NCBI GenBank assembly: GCA_965232515.1
Contig: CBDDPY010000002.1
Location: forward strand, 4,384,001 to 4,448,000
DNA from: Alphaproteobacteria bacterium
Lineage (GTDB): Bacteria; Pseudomonadota; Alphaproteobacteria; GCA-2731375
DNA: 64,000 bases
Reading direction: 5' to 3'
Each line of letters starts with the position of its first letter. Within the stretch, counting starts at the first letter, position 1. The notes under the pieces were generated by a model, which was given only the letters and a program-made list of their open reading frames with translations, was not told the DNA's origin and searched no databases. A program made the translations under genes and the position numbers. Positions 31,047-44,542 of this stretch are shown in pieces.

Positions 31047-32039
31047 TCAGCCCATCCTGTCCGTCACCAGTTGCGCCAGCGATACCGCGGGCCGCGCGCC
31101 GATATGGCTGATGATCTCCGCCGCGGCGATGCCGCCGATGCGCCCGCAATCGTGCAGGCTGCGGCCCTGCGTCAGGCCATGGAGAAAACCGGCGGCGTAG
31201 AGATCGCCGGCCCCGGTGGTGTCCATCACCCGGTCCACCGGTTCGGCGTCGAGCACATGCACCTCGTCGCCGCCGACGACGACCGAGCCCTTCTCGGAGC
31301 GGGTCAATGCGGCGACGCGTACCTGAGCGCGTACGATCTGCAGCGCTTCGTCGAATTCCGAAACCTGATAGAGCGAGAGGATTTCGTCCTCGTTCGCGAA
31401 CAGGATGTCGACATGGTTGGCGACGAGGTCGCGGAACTCGTCGCGATGCCGGTCGACGCAGAAGCCGTCCGACAGCGTCAGCGCGACGCTGCGGCCGGCG
31501 TCATGGGCGATCTGTCCGGCCTTCAGGAACGCCTGCTTCGCCTGCGGTGGGTCCCAAAGATAGCCCTCCATATAGGTTACCTGCGCATCGGCGATCACAT
31601 CAGCGTCGACATCGTCCGGCGTCAGCTCGACGCAGGCGCCGAGGTAGGTGTTCATCGTCCGCTGCGCGTCGGGTGTCACCACGATCAGGCAACGCGCGGT
31701 CGGCGTGCCGCCGTCGGCCGGCGGCGTGGAGAAGTCCACGCCCACGGCGCCGACGTCGTGCCGGAAGATGCGGCCGAGCTGATCGTCGCGCACCTTGCCG
31801 ATGAAGCCGGCCTTGCCGCCGAGGCTGGCGATGCCGGCCATGGTGTTGGCGGCCGAGCCGCCGGACATCTCGGTCCCCGGCGGCATGGCGCCGTAGAGCT
31901 TATCCGCGGTTTCTGTATCGATCAGCGTCATGGCACCCTTGTTCAGGCCATGGGCACTGATGAACGTATCTTCGACACTGGTGATGACATCGACAATAGC
32001 GTTGCCGATACCGACGACGTCAAGACGTGCTTGCTGCAT
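31047..32039 (-). CDS. PfkB family kinase (adenosine kinase-like)
   Basis: GIGNAIVDV, SGGSAANT, EGYLWD, DTTGAGDLYAAGF. Confidence 0.92.
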   Translation of the reverse strand: MQQARLDVVGIGNAIVDVITSVEDTFISAHGLNKGAMTLIDTETADKLYGAMPPGTEMSGGSAANTMAGIASLGGKAGFIGKVRDDQLGRIFRHDVGAVGVDFSTPPADGGTPTARCLIVVTPDAQRTMNTYLGACVELTPDDVDADVIADAQVTYMEGYLWDPPQAKQAFLKAGQIAHDAGRSVALTLSDGFCVDRHRDEFRDLVANHVDILFANEDEILSLYQVSEFDEALQIVRAQVRVAALTRSEKGSVVVGGDEVHVLDAEPVDRVMDTTGAGDLYAAGFLHGLTQGRSLHDCGRIGGIAAAEIISHIGARPAVSLAQLVTDRMG

Positions 32040-32173
32040 GAATTCCCACTCCGGCACAGGTGGGGGCGCAGTATAGAGCGGCGGAATCGCGGCACAAGCC
32101 CGTCCGGGCCGGCGTCTGTACATCGGTCGTCGGGCCGTTCATAGTGCGCGCCGTCAATCAGGGACGCCGAACC

Positions 32174-33580
32174 ATGCCGACAGACCTTTACAAGCTGACC
32201 GCCTGCGAGGCGGTCGATCTGCTGCAGCGCCGCGAGCTGTCGCCGAGCGACTTGATCGATGCCGCCGCGGCCCGGATCGAGGCCGTCGACGGTGCCGTCA
32301 ATTCGCTGCCGACGCTGTGCCTGGACCGGGCCCGCGCCCAGGCTGACCGGCTGGCCGATGTCGCACCGCTCCACGGTCTGCCGATCGCGGTCAAGGATCT
32401 GACCGACGTGGCCGGCGTGCGGACGACGCTCGGTTCGCCGATTTTTGCCGATCGCGTGCCGGACAGCTCGGGCGTCGTTGTCGAGGTGCTGGAGGCCCGC
32501 GGCGCCAACGTGATCGCCAAAGCCAACACGCCGGAGTTCGGCGCCGGCGCAAACACGTTCAACGAGGTGTTCGGCGCCACCCGCAATCCCTGGGACACGC
32601 GCAAGACCTGCGGCGGCTCCTCGGGCGGTTCCGCGGTGGCGCTGGCGACCGGCCAGGTCGCGCTCGCCACCGGCTCAGATTACGGCGGCTCGTTACGCAT
32701 TCCGGCCTCGTTCTGCGGCATTGTCGGCTTCCGGCCGAGCCCGGGCTGCGTCCCGCACGGGCCGGGCGCGCTGCCGTTCCAGACCCAGGCCGTCGACGGC
32801 CCGATGGCGCGCAACGTCGCCGACGTGGCCCTGATGCTGGATGCCATGGCCGGCCAGCATCGGCGCGATCCGATCTCGCGGCCGGCGCCGGCGACCTCCT
32901 ACCGAGCGGCGGTGGCCGCGCCGTCGGCGCCGAAACGCATCGCCTGGAGCCCGGATCTGGGCATTGCCCCAGTCGATCCCGAGGTGCGCGACATTTGCGC
33001 CGAGGCGGCGGGCTGGTTCGCGCGGGACGGCGCCGAGGTGAGCGAGGCCTGCTTCGACCTGAGCGATGCCCGCGACATGTTCCGTACATTGCGCGCGGTG
33101 CAGTTCGCCTCCGGCTACACGGCGCTGCTTGAAAACCATCGCGATCAGCTCAAGCCGGAGGTGATCTGGAACATCGAAACCGGGTTGAACTTGACAGGCG
33201 CGGAAGTCTGCCAGGCTGAAGCCGCCCGTGGCGCGCTCTTTCATCGGGTGAGCGCCTTCTTCGACGATTACGACCTGCTGCTCTGCCCGGTCGTGATGAC
33301 GCCGCCGTTCGACGTCGAGATCCGCTATCTGTCGGAGTTCGGCGGTGTGACCTTCGAAAACTACGTCGACTGGCTGATGATGACCTTCGTGCTGACGCTG
33401 ACGGGCTGTCCGTCGCTGTCATTGCCATGCGGGTTTACCAGCGACGGTTTGCCGATCGGCCTGCAGATCCTGGGGCCGCCGCATGGCGAGGCCGAAATCC
33501 TGTCGGCCGCGGCGCTCTATGAGGCGGCGCACGACTTCGCCGCGCGGACGCCAATGGACCCCGTGGTCAGGCATGCCTGA
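32174..33580 (+). CDS. Amidase signature family protein
   Basis: GLPIAVKD, KANTPEFG, GGSSGGSA, GSDYGGSLRIPAS. Confidence 0.93.
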   Translation: MPTDLYKLTACEAVDLLQRRELSPSDLIDAAAARIEAVDGAVNSLPTLCLDRARAQADRLADVAPLHGLPIAVKDLTDVAGVRTTLGSPIFADRVPDSSGVVVEVLEARGANVIAKANTPEFGAGANTFNEVFGATRNPWDTRKTCGGSSGGSAVALATGQVALATGSDYGGSLRIPASFCGIVGFRPSPGCVPHGPGALPFQTQAVDGPMARNVADVALMLDAMAGQHRRDPISRPAPATSYRAAVAAPSAPKRIAWSPDLGIAPVDPEVRDICAEAAGWFARDGAEVSEACFDLSDARDMFRTLRAVQFASGYTALLENHRDQLKPEVIWNIETGLNLTGAEVCQAEAARGALFHRVSAFFDDYDLLLCPVVMTPPFDVEIRYLSEFGGVTFENYVDWLMMTFVLTLTGCPSLSLPCGFTSDGLPIGLQILGPPHGEAEILSAAALYEAAHDFAARTPMDPVVRHA

Positions 33581-33613
33581 TTTGCGGGTCCGGCTGGCAA
33601 AGCGGGGCCGGTC

Positions 33614-34318
33614 ATGATCGCCGCCGCGTTCATCAAGGCGGTCCAGCAGCTCGGCGATCCGCGCGTCCGCAAGGTGGTGATTCTGGGATTTCTCCTGGCC
33701 GCCGGACTGCTGCTCCTGTTGGCCGGCATCGCTAGCTATTTCGTCTCCGACGTCAGCATTGTCGACACAACGGATTGGCCGGCCTGGCTGGCCTGGGTTG
33801 ACGGTGCGCTGAAGACGATGGTTTTCCTGATCGGCATCGGCGTCTACATGGTGCTGTTTCCGGCGATCATGACCCTCTTCATCGGCGTGTTTTTGGAAGA
33901 CGTGGCCGATGCCGTCGAGGACCGGCACTATCCGAACGATCCGCAGGGACAGGCGGTGCCGGTGGCCACAAGTCTGGCATCGTCGATGCGGTTTCTGGGG
34001 GTGACGATCCTGCTGAATCTGGCGTCACTGCCGGTGCACGTGATCTTTCTGTTCTTCCCCCTGTTAAATCTCTTTCTTTTCTATGGGTTAAACGGTTATC
34101 TTCTGAGTCGAGAGTATTTTGAGCTCGTAACCCTCCGGCATATGAAGCCTCCGGCAATTCGGGCGTTGCGGCGGCTTCATCGGGGAACATTGCTGGCGAC
34201 CGGCGTGGTCATCGTGTTCTTGATGACGGTACCGCTGGTCAATCTGCTGGCGCCCGTCGTGGCAACTGCGGCCATGGTGCATGTCTACAAGCGGTTGGCG
34301 GCGCGGCAAACGAGCTAG
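33614..34318 (+). CDS. EI24/CysZ-like membrane protein
   Basis: FLEDVADAVEDRHYP, LNGYLLSREYFE, VPLVNLLAP. Confidence 0.85.
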   Translation: MIAAAFIKAVQQLGDPRVRKVVILGFLLAAGLLLLLAGIASYFVSDVSIVDTTDWPAWLAWVDGALKTMVFLIGIGVYMVLFPAIMTLFIGVFLEDVADAVEDRHYPNDPQGQAVPVATSLASSMRFLGVTILLNLASLPVHVIFLFFPLLNLFLFYGLNGYLLSREYFELVTLRHMKPPAIRALRRLHRGTLLATGVVIVFLMTVPLVNLLAPVVATAAMVHVYKRLAARQTS

Positions 34319-34506
34319 TCCTGTGTGCCCGGGGACGCGCGGCGGACGTTTTTGACGCCACTGCGGCGGAAAGTGATCGGCGATCGATAATTTTCCCTAT
34401 GTCCCGAATCGGTAACGCGTTATTGGTGTTTTTCGCCGATTACGTTACGGAAAGTCTTTTCCGGCGGTTTTTCGGCGTCCTGATCGGTTAACTGGATAGA
34501 ATCACC

Positions 34507-35091
34507 ATGTTCGGTCGTAAAAAGGATCAGAACGTTCCCACGACAGAGGTGCCGGCGACAACGCATGCCTCGGCATCCACCAAGGCACAGCAAACACAGG
34601 GAAGCAGCATGGCCAATTCGTCAGGCGACCGGCCGGCCGGTTCCGGCGGCTTCCGGCCGGAAATCGCCAGACGCGTCCCCGATCTGCCGGGCGCGTCGCG
34701 TTCCGCCGGCGATGATAATGAGGATGCGAAGAAGCTTATTGTCGGTCGCGAAATCGAGCTCAATGGCGAGATTACGACCTGCGATACGCTCGTTGTCGAA
34801 GGTAAGGTGACGGCCTCGTTGGGCCGGTGCCGGCGCATCGAGATCACCGATTCGGGGATCTTCAAGGGCGCGGCGGAGATCGATGAGGCGGAGATCAGCG
34901 GCCTGTTCGAAGGCGATCTGAAGGTCCGCGGTCAGCTGTTGCTGCGTGCGAGCGGCCGGATCAAGGGCGATGTCCGCTACGGCCGGCTGGAGATCGAGTC
35001 CGGTGGCGAGATCGTCGGCAACCTGGCGACGGTCGACGACGAGGCCGAGGCGCCGGCGGCGACGCCATTGGCCGCCGCCGAGGCGAGCTAG
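34507..35091 (+). CDS. Bactofilin (polymer-forming cytoskeletal protein)
   Basis: LIVGREIELNGEI..CDTLVVEG..AEISG.FEGDL..GRIKGDVRYGRLEIESGG beta-helix. Confidence 0.88.
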   Translation: MFGRKKDQNVPTTEVPATTHASASTKAQQTQGSSMANSSGDRPAGSGGFRPEIARRVPDLPGASRSAGDDNEDAKKLIVGREIELNGEITTCDTLVVEGKVTASLGRCRRIEITDSGIFKGAAEIDEAEISGLFEGDLKVRGQLLLRASGRIKGDVRYGRLEIESGGEIVGNLATVDDEAEAPAATPLAAAEAS

Positions 35092-35108
35092 AGAGAGGTC
35101 AGGAACGT

Positions 35109-35603
35109 ATGGGTCGGACCGGGACGACCGTCGAGGCAATTGTTCATATCTGCAGGGCGCCGCGATTGCGGCGGAACCTGTTGCCGGTGATTCTGATCGC
35201 CGGACTTGCCGCTTGCGGCACGCCACGGCAATCCGCGACCGATCCGGCGCCCGGAGAGGCAACCGCCCCGACACGAACCGAGACCGAGACGCCGCGGCAG
35301 ACGGCGAAGCCAGCGCCGCCGGTGCTGCCCAGGCCCGATTCCAAGCGCATGATGGGTCTGAACAGGAACGATCTCGCCTCGCTGCTTGGCAGTCCGACGT
35401 TGCGGCGCGCCGACCCGCCGGCCGAGGTCTGGCAATATCGCGACAATGCCTGCGTGCTGCATGTCTTCCTGTATCAGGATCCCGTGAGCGGCGGTTATGC
35501 CGTGACCTATGTTGACACGGTGCAACGCGGCAGCCGCCTGCTCAGCAACGACGACTGCTTCGGCGCGATTCTGCAAACGGACGGCGCGGCCCGCGATAGC
35601 TGA
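35109..35603 (+). CDS. Hypothetical lipoprotein
   Basis: Lipobox LAAC, Pro/Thr linker, LLGSP..RRAD..AEVWQY..CVLHVFLY. Confidence 0.7.
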   Translation: MGRTGTTVEAIVHICRAPRLRRNLLPVILIAGLAACGTPRQSATDPAPGEATAPTRTETETPRQTAKPAPPVLPRPDSKRMMGLNRNDLASLLGSPTLRRADPPAEVWQYRDNACVLHVFLYQDPVSGGYAVTYVDTVQRGSRLLSNDDCFGAILQTDGAARDS

Positions 35604-35622
35604 CGGTTGCGGCAGGCCGCGA

Positions 35623-36258
35623 TCAGGCCGTCGTCTTGCCCTTGAAACGGCAAAATTCCCGCACCACGCACGCCGCACAGTCCGGCTTGCGCGCCTTGCA
35701 AACATAGCGCCCGTGCAGAATCAGCCAGTGGTGCGCGTGCAGCCGATAGGCCTCGGGCACGACCTTCTCCAGCTTCTTCTCGACCGCCAGCGGCGTCTTT
35801 CCCGGCGCCAACCCGGTGCGGTTTGAGATGCGAAAAATGTGCGTATCGACGGCGATCGTCGGCACGCCGAACGCCATGTTCAAAACCACGTTGGCGGTTT
35901 TGCGGCCAACGCCCGGCAGCGCTTCCAACGCCTCCCTGTCCCGCGGCACGTCGCCGTCATGGTGTTCCAGCAGCGCCTGGCTGAGCGCGATGACGTTTTT
36001 GGCCTTGTTGTTGAACAGGCCGATGGTCTTGATGTGCTCCTTCAGCTTGGCCTCGCCGAGATCGAGCATCTTTTGCGGCGTGTCGGCGACGACGAACAGT
36101 TTCTTGGTGGCCTTGTTGACGCCGACATCGGTCGCCTGCGCCGACAGCACGACCGCGACCAGCAGGGTGTAGGCGTTGACGTAGTCCAGTTCGCCCTTCG
36201 GCTCCGGCCGCTCGGCCTTCAGCGCGGCAAAAAATCCTTCGATGTCGGCTTTCTTCAT
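35623..36258 (-). CDS. nth: Endonuclease III
   Basis: LSAQATD, LPGVGRKTANV, AVDTH, CKARKPDCAAC..C. Confidence 0.97.
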   Translation of the reverse strand: MKKADIEGFFAALKAERPEPKGELDYVNAYTLLVAVVLSAQATDVGVNKATKKLFVVADTPQKMLDLGEAKLKEHIKTIGLFNNKAKNVIALSQALLEHHDGDVPRDREALEALPGVGRKTANVVLNMAFGVPTIAVDTHIFRISNRTGLAPGKTPLAVEKKLEKVVPEAYRLHAHHWLILHGRYVCKARKPDCAACVVREFCRFKGKTTA

Positions 36259-36336
36259 GGGCGCCGATCCTAGCCCGCGCCGGCGGGAGCGGCAAAGTCT
36301 CTGGTCCGTGTGGGCGGTGCGAGCTATTTTGTTGGC

Positions 36337-36840
36337 ATGGCAGAGAGCGATCCGACGGCCGAATCGCCGGCGCTTCACTTCAATGCGGTGCTGCAGCCGC
36401 ACCGCAGCCTCGGTCCGCGCGGATTCTATCTGCTGATGGGCTTCATCTGTGTCGTCAGTTTCGTCGCCGGGATCGCCTTCGCCCTGCAGGGCGCCTGGCC
36501 GGTATTCGGCTTCTTCGGTCTCGACGTGCTGGCGATCTACATCGCTTTCCGCCTGAGCTACCGCAGCGGCCGGCTGTTCGAGACCGTGCAGCTATCGGAC
36601 GAGCGGCTGACCGTTCAGCGCTGCTTTCCAAACGGCAGGAACCTGAGCTGGTCTTTTCCGGCGCATTGGGTGCGGGTCAAGTTGGAGTCCTGGGACGTGG
36701 GCAAGGGCGCCGTGCGACTTGCCAGCCACGGGCGAGACGTGGCCGTCGGCAGTTTTCTGACTGTCGAGGAACGGGCGGAGTTTGCCGACGCGCTGGAAGA
36801 TGCGCTGCGACGATTACGTACCCGGCCTTGGCCCGCCTGA
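36337..36840 (+). CDS. DUF2244 membrane protein
   Basis: LQPHRSL, GAWPVFGFFGLDV, VGSFL..EER. Confidence 0.85.
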   Translation: MAESDPTAESPALHFNAVLQPHRSLGPRGFYLLMGFICVVSFVAGIAFALQGAWPVFGFFGLDVLAIYIAFRLSYRSGRLFETVQLSDERLTVQRCFPNGRNLSWSFPAHWVRVKLESWDVGKGAVRLASHGRDVAVGSFLTVEERAEFADALEDALRRLRTRPWPA

Positions 36841-36847
36841 GCCCGGC

Positions 36848-37654
36848 TTAGAACCCCAGCACGTCCGCCATCGAATAAAGCCCCGGCGGCTTGCCATGCA
36901 GCCACAGCGCGGCGCGCACGCCGCCCCGGGCGAAGATCGCCCGGTCGGTCGCCCGATGGGTGAGCTCGACACGCTCGTTGTCGGCCGCGAAGATCACCGA
37001 ATGCTCGCCGGCGACGTTGCCGCCGCGCAGCACGGCATAGCCGATATCGCCGCGCCGCCGCTCGCCGGTGATGCCGTCGCGGCCGCGGTCGGCCACGTCG
37101 TCGTGCGGTACGCGTCGGCCCTCGGCGGCGGCCTGGCCCAGCGCCAGCGCCGTGCCGGACGGTGCGTCGACCTTGTGTCTGTGGTGCATCTCCAGCACCT
37201 CGATGTCGAAATCGGGATCGAGCAGGCCGGCGACCTGGCGCGTGATCGCCAGCAGCACGTTGACGCCGACGCTCATGTTGGCGGCCCGGACGATGGCGGT
37301 CTTCTCGGCCGCCGACAGAATTGCCGCTTCCTGATCGGGTTCCAGTCCCGTGGTGCCGGCGATCAGGCCAGCGCCGGCATCGGCCGCCAGCGACGCATGC
37401 TCGGCGGTGGCGGCAGGCACCGTGAAATCGAGCACCACATCAACGTCGGCGAACATGGCCCTGGGGTCGTCGCCGACCGTCAGCCCCAGATCGCCGAGGC
37501 CAGCCAACGCGCCCAGGTCTTGGCCGACGGCCGCGTGTCCCGGCCGTTCCGTGCCGCCGCCGATCGCCGCGCCTTCGGTTTGGGCGATCCGCCGTAGCAG
37601 GTTCGTTCCCATACGGCCGGCGCAGCCGACCACGCCCATTCTCACATCCGTCAT
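36848..37654 (-). CDS. dapB: 4-hydroxy-tetrahydrodipicolinate reductase
   Basis: GCAGRMG, DFT, GTTG, NMSVGVN, EMHHRHKVDAPSGTA. Confidence 0.98.
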   Translation of the reverse strand: MTDVRMGVVGCAGRMGTNLLRRIAQTEGAAIGGGTERPGHAAVGQDLGALAGLGDLGLTVGDDPRAMFADVDVVLDFTVPAATAEHASLAADAGAGLIAGTTGLEPDQEAAILSAAEKTAIVRAANMSVGVNVLLAITRQVAGLLDPDFDIEVLEMHHRHKVDAPSGTALALGQAAAEGRRVPHDDVADRGRDGITGERRRGDIGYAVLRGGNVAGEHSVIFAADNERVELTHRATDRAIFARGGVRAALWLHGKPPGLYSMADVLGF

Positions 37655-37769
37655 CGCGCCCTCCCGTTCGGAATTGTCGCCAAGCGGATTGTAACCCCGG
37701 TACGACGGGGGCGACGTGGAAGAAATGCAGGACAGAAGTTTCGGCCGAACTGTCGCCGAAACCGACCGG

Positions 37770-38903
37770 TTATTCCGTCAGGTCGTCCCAGAGTTCCTTG
37801 ACCTTCTTGAAAAAGCCTTCGGTCTCCGGGCTGGTCTTCTCCTTGGTGCCGGCGTCCTCGAATTCCTTCAGCAGGTCTTTCTGCTTTTTCGTCATGTGGA
37901 CCGGCGTTTCAACCACGACCTGGATCATCATGTCGCCGAAGCCCTGGCCGCGCATATGGGGCATGCCCTTGCCGCGCAGCCGGAACTGCTTGCCGGTTTG
38001 GGTGCCGGCCGGGACCGTCACGTTGACCTGCTTGCCCTCCAGCGTCGGCACGGCGATGCTGCCGCCCAGCGCTGCCGTCACCATGGAGATGGGCACGCGG
38101 CAGGCGACCTGCGCGCCCTCGCGCCGGAAGATCGGGTGCGGCGCGACGCTGATAAAAATGTAGAGGTCGCCGGCCGGTCCGCCGCGCAGGCCCGCCTCGC
38201 CCTTGCCGGCGAGACGGATGCGGGTGCCGTCCTCGACGCCGGCCGGGATCGTCACGGCCAGCATGTTGTCTTTCTGCACGCGGCCCGCGCCGCCGCAGCT
38301 CTGGCAGGGCGTCTCGATGACCTGGCCGGCCCCGTGGCAGCTCGGACAGGTGCGTTCGATGGTGAAGAATCCCTGCTGCGCCCGGACCTTGCCGTAGCCC
38401 TGGCAGGTTGGACAGGTGGTCGGCTGCGAGCCGGCGGCCGCGCCGCTGCCGTGGCAGGCCTCGCAGGCCTCCGATGTCGGCACGCGGATCTGCGCCTTCT
38501 TGCCGTGATAGGCGTCGGCCAGATCGACTTCCAGGTTGTAGCGCAGGTCCGCGCCGCGGCTGGCACCGCTGCCGCCGCGCCGGCGGCCGCCGCCCATGAA
38601 CTCGCCGAACAGGTCGTCGAAGACGTCGGCGAAGCTGGAGGAGAAATCGAAGCCGGCTCCCGGTCCGGCGCCGTTACCGGCAAAGGCGGCGTGGCCGAAC
38701 TGGTCGTAAGCCTGCCGTTTTTCGTCGTCCGACAGGATCTCGTAGGCTTCAGAGACTTCCTTGAACTTTTGCTCGGCCGCGGTATCGCCCGGATTGCGGT
38801 CCGGGTGGTACTTCATCGCGAGTTTGCGGTAGGCCTTTTTGATATCGGCGGCCGACGCCGATCGTCCAACCCCAAGCAGCTCGTAAAAATCCGTACTGGC
38901 CAT
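37770..38903 (-). CDS. dnaJ: Chaperone DnaJ
   Basis: HPD J-domain, G/F region, four CxxCxGxG repeats. Confidence 0.99.
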   Translation of the reverse strand: MASTDFYELLGVGRSASAADIKKAYRKLAMKYHPDRNPGDTAAEQKFKEVSEAYEILSDDEKRQAYDQFGHAAFAGNGAGPGAGFDFSSSFADVFDDLFGEFMGGGRRRGGSGASRGADLRYNLEVDLADAYHGKKAQIRVPTSEACEACHGSGAAAGSQPTTCPTCQGYGKVRAQQGFFTIERTCPSCHGAGQVIETPCQSCGGAGRVQKDNMLAVTIPAGVEDGTRIRLAGKGEAGLRGGPAGDLYIFISVAPHPIFRREGAQVACRVPISMVTAALGGSIAVPTLEGKQVNVTVPAGTQTGKQFRLRGKGMPHMRGQGFGDMMIQVVVETPVHMTKKQKDLLKEFEDAGTKEKTSPETEGFFKKVKELWDDLTE

Positions 38904-39010
38904 GGGTCGATGACCTTACAGAAGATACGTCCATAGGGCGATAGCCCGATCCGTCGGACCGGGCCTGGCCCCGACAACGCGAAACATGAACATGAGCCCC
39001 CGGCCTGCGA

Positions 39011-40960
<1,950 letters not shown>

Positions 40961-41060
40961 TGCCCATTACCTCCTGCGGCAGGTCTTCGCGGCCACATTG
41001 GCACCGCGTCGGACCCCCATGGTTTCTGCGGAAATTGCAGTATTCAAACACACGGGCGGT

Positions 41061-41089
41061 ATATAGGACCGGAATAGGTCCATCGCAAC
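41061..41089 (-). promoter_or_regulatory. Putative RpoH promoter of dnaK
   Basis: Minus strand GTTG-N18-CCTATAT about 100 bp upstream of dnaK. Confidence 0.55.
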
Positions 41090-41161
41090 CGTCCGCGTTG
41101 CCATTTGGCTACAATCAGTTGCCATTCTGCTACATCCGGGCGCATCTGCCGTGGCCGGATG

Positions 41162-41869
41162 TCAGGCCTGGGTATCGACCTTGCTGCCGGCGGCGGCCGC
41201 ATCGTCGGCCGGCTCGGCTGCCTTGGCCTTGGCGACGACCACCATGGCGGCGCGCAGCAGCCGGTCGTGGATGGTGTAGCCGGTCTGCATGACCTGCACC
41301 ACGGTGCCCGGTGCGGCGCTGTCGTCCTCGATTTGCGTCATCGCCTGATGCAGGTTCGGGTCCAGTTTCTCACCAATTGGATTGACCGGCTTAACGCCGT
41401 GTTTTTCCAGAGTATTTTGCAGCTCACGCTCGGTCAGCTCGACGCCTTCCAGCAGGCTGGCGAGCTCCGGATTGCCGTCCCGGGCGTCGGCGGCCACGCT
41501 GTCGAGCGCCCGGCGCATGTTATCGGCCACGCCCAGCAGATCGCGGGCGAAATCGGCGATCGCGTACTTCCTCAGATCGTCGCGCTCGCGGTCGGTCCGG
41601 CGCCGCAGGTTCTCGGTCTCGGCCACGGCGCGCAGCAGCCGGTCGCGCAGGTCGGCGACCTCGGCGGTCAGCACCGCGACGTCGTCCGCGGCGACCTCGC
41701 CGGCATTGTCGGCAGCGTCGGCTTCCGGCTCCGGCTCCGCGGCAGCTTCGGCGACAGGATCGTCCGCCGGTTCCTCGACCGGCTTATCGGCGTCGGGCGC
41801 CGGCTCGGCTGGCGCGGCGGCCTCCTGCTCGGTTCGATCCGGCCGCTCGTTGTCGTGTTGGCTGATCAT
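41162..41869 (-). CDS. grpE: Nucleotide exchange factor GrpE
   Basis: [35 protein letters not shown]. Confidence 0.97.
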   Translation of the reverse strand: MISQHDNERPDRTEQEAAAPAEPAPDADKPVEEPADDPVAEAAAEPEPEADAADNAGEVAADDVAVLTAEVADLRDRLLRAVAETENLRRRTDRERDDLRKYAIADFARDLLGVADNMRRALDSVAADARDGNPELASLLEGVELTERELQNTLEKHGVKPVNPIGEKLDPNLHQAMTQIEDDSAAPGTVVQVMQTGYTIHDRLLRAAMVVVAKAKAAEPADDAAAAGSKVDTQA

Positions 41870-41923
41870 CTGATCCTCAAACCTCGTTACGGTATATGGC
41901 GTGAAACCCCGGTATGGCGGTTG

Positions 41924-42982
41924 CTATCCCATCATCCGGCCGATCACCTGGGCGGTGTAGTCGACCATCGGGACGATACGCGCGTAATTAAGGTGTGTCG
42001 GGCCGATCACGCCGATGGCGCCGACGACCTTTTGGCGGCTGTCGCTGTAGGGCGCCACAATCAGCGACGATCCCGACATCGAGAACAGCTTGTTCTCCGA
42101 ACCGATGAAAATCCGCACGCCCTCGGCCTGATGCGTCAGGTCGAGCAGCTTGATCACCTCCTCGGCGTTCTCCAGGTCGTCGAACAGCCGGCGGATGCGC
42201 TCCAGGTCCTCGATGGCGTTGACGTCGTCGAGCAGGTTGGAATGTCCGCGCACGATCAGGGTCGCGCGTTCGTCGCCGCCCCACATGGCGAGGCCCTCCG
42301 CGACCACCTTGGCCGACAGTTCGTCCAGCTCGGCACGCTTTTGCTCGAGCTCGCCGGTGATTTCGCTGTGGGCCTCGGTCAGCGTCCGGCCGCGCAGTCG
42401 GGCATTCAGATAGTTGCCGGCCTCGATCAGCGCCGAGGGCGGCAGGCCGGCCGGCAGGTCGACGATCCGGTTTTCGACCATGCCGCCTTCGGTGACGGTG
42501 ACGACGATAGCGCGCTCGTCGCCAAGGGCGACGAACTCGATATGTTTCATCGCCGCTTCGCTCTTTGGCGCGATCACTACGCCGGCGCACTGTGACAGGC
42601 CGGATAGCAAGTCGGAGGCTTCGGCCAGAACCGTCTCGAGATTGCGACCGACCTGATGACAGCGGCCTTCGATCGAAGCCCGCTCTTCTTCCGTCAGATT
42701 GCCAATCTCCAGCAGACCGTCCACGAACAGGCGCAGACCCGCCTCGGTCGGCAGCCGACCGGCCGAGGTGTGTGGCGCGAACAGCAGGCCGGCCGCCTCG
42801 AGATCCGCCATCACATTGCGGATTGAGGCCGGCGACAGGCCGATATCGAGCCTGCGCGATAATGTGCGCGAGCCGACCGGACCGCCCGTCTCCATATAGG
42901 CGGCGACGATCTCGCTAAAGACGGCGCGGCTGCGCTCGTTCAGCTCGCTGATGATCGCGATCGATGGTCGTTCGACGGACAT
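41924..42982 (-). CDS. hrcA: Heat-inducible transcription repressor HrcA
   Basis: [36 protein letters not shown]. Confidence 0.97.
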   Translation of the reverse strand: MSVERPSIAIISELNERSRAVFSEIVAAYMETGGPVGSRTLSRRLDIGLSPASIRNVMADLEAAGLLFAPHTSAGRLPTEAGLRLFVDGLLEIGNLTEEERASIEGRCHQVGRNLETVLAEASDLLSGLSQCAGVVIAPKSEAAMKHIEFVALGDERAIVVTVTEGGMVENRIVDLPAGLPPSALIEAGNYLNARLRGRTLTEAHSEITGELEQKRAELDELSAKVVAEGLAMWGGDERATLIVRGHSNLLDDVNAIEDLERIRRLFDDLENAEEVIKLLDLTHQAEGVRIFIGSENKLFSMSGSSLIVAPYSDSRQKVVGAIGVIGPTHLNYARIVPMVDYTAQVIGRMMG

Positions 42983-43169
42983 GTTTTCAATACGTGCCGA
43001 TTTCCATCGCCAACGTAGTAACGCCGTTGCACCACGTCAACGCAGCGGACGATCCGGACAGCCCCACGCTGGCCCCGCCCGCGATCGTCGGGCCCGGTCC
43101 GGGGTATCTCCTGGACGCGGTCGGTCCGGAACGCTAGAAACCCTGGTTCGTCATTGACAGGAGGTTGAG

Positions 43170-43889
43170 ATGCGTCCGTCAGGCCGCGCGCCGGATGAAT
43201 TGCGTCAGGTCGGAATGGAACCCGGCTTCTCCAAGCATGCCGAGGGATCCTGCCTGATCCGGTTCGGCGATACCCACGTGCTGTGCACCGCCAGCGTGAT
43301 CGACAGCGTGCCGCCCTGGATGCGCAATTCGGGCCGCGGCTGGGTGACGGCGGAGTACGGCATGCTGCCGCGGTCGACGAACCAGCGCACGGACCGCGAG
43401 GCCGCGCGCGGCCGGCAGTCCGGACGCACGCAGGAAATCCAGCGGCTGATCGGCCGCTCGCTGCGTGCGGTTACCGATCTGGAGGCCATCGGCGAGCGTC
43501 AGATCCGAGTCGACTGCGACGTGCTGCAGGCCGACGGCGGCACGCGGACGGCCGCGATCACCGGTTCCTGGGTCGCGCTGCGCCTGGCGTTTCAGTGGAT
43601 GCAGGACCAGGGGCTGATCGAGCGCATGCCGCTGACCGACCACGTCGCCGCTATTTCCTGCGGGCTGCATGGCGGCACGGCCGTGCTCGATCTGGACTAT
43701 GCGGAGGATTCAACCGCACAGGCGGACGCCAACTTCGTGCTGACCGGGTCCGGCGGCGTGGTCGAGATCCAAAGCACGGCCGAGGACTACCCATTCACGC
43801 GCGACGAGTTCAATGCCCTGCTCGATCTGGCGGAGGCCGGCATCGAGCAACTCGTGCATCTGCAGAAACGGACCCTCGGCCTTGACTGA
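43170..43889 (+). CDS. rph: Ribonuclease PH
   Basis: [37 protein letters not shown]. Confidence 0.98.
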   Translation: MRPSGRAPDELRQVGMEPGFSKHAEGSCLIRFGDTHVLCTASVIDSVPPWMRNSGRGWVTAEYGMLPRSTNQRTDREAARGRQSGRTQEIQRLIGRSLRAVTDLEAIGERQIRVDCDVLQADGGTRTAAITGSWVALRLAFQWMQDQGLIERMPLTDHVAAISCGLHGGTAVLDLDYAEDSTAQADANFVLTGSGGVVEIQSTAEDYPFTRDEFNALLDLAEAGIEQLVHLQKRTLGLD

Positions 43890-44517
43890 CGCCGCCGTCA
43901 CGACGCGGCGGCGGTTCGCCGGCGACCGGCTGGTCGTCGCCAGCCACAATCCCGGCAAGGTCCGCGAGCTGGCCGATCTGTTGCGGCCGTTCGCGGTCGA
44001 CTGCGTCTCGGCCGGCGATCTGGGCCTGCCGGAACCGGAAGAGACCGGCACGACCTTCACCGCCAATGCCGAGCTGAAGGCGTTGGCCGCAACGACGGCG
44101 TCGGATCTGCCGGCGATCGCCGACGATTCCGGCCTGGAAGTGGCGGCCCTCGACGGCGACCCGGGCATCTATTCGGCGCGTTGGGCCGGGCCGGACAAGG
44201 ACTTCGCCTATGCCATGCAGCGGGTCGAAACGGCATTGCAGGCGGCTGGCGCCACCACGGCGGACCGGCGGCGGGCGAATTTCGCCTGCGCCCTGTCGCT
44301 CGCCTGGCCCGATGGCCATGTGGAATCCTTCTTCGGCCGCGTCGATGGCGTGCTGGTCTGGCCGCCGCGCGGCGACCGGGGCTTCGGCTACGATCCGATG
44401 TTCCTGCCCGACGGCCGCGAGCAGACCTTCGGCGAGATGGCGCCCGACGACAAGCACGCCATCAGTCATCGGGCGGTGGCGTTCCGGCTGCTGATCGATG
44501 CTTGTTTCGACGGCTGA
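43882..44517 (+). CDS. rdgB: Non-canonical purine NTP pyrophosphatase
   Basis: [36 protein letters not shown]; start uncertain. Confidence 0.95.
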   Translation: MTDAAVTTRRRFAGDRLVVASHNPGKVRELADLLRPFAVDCVSAGDLGLPEPEETGTTFTANAELKALAATTASDLPAIADDSGLEVAALDGDPGIYSARWAGPDKDFAYAMQRVETALQAAGATTADRRRANFACALSLAWPDGHVESFFGRVDGVLVWPPRGDRGFGYDPMFLPDGREQTFGEMAPDDKHAISHRAVAFRLLIDACFDG

Positions 44518-44542
44518 ACGGCGCGACACGGCGACGGCCGGC

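Noticed and set aside
34381-34506. CtrA boxes upstream of bactofilin, also checked at 8000-8025 and 54495-54525
   Set aside because: Only half-sites or wrong spacing; no TTAA-N7-TTAA
40961-43169. CIRCE operator near hrcA/grpE/dnaK
   Set aside because: No TTAGCACTC-N9-GAGTGCTAA match seen; an RpoH-like promoter explains dnaK control
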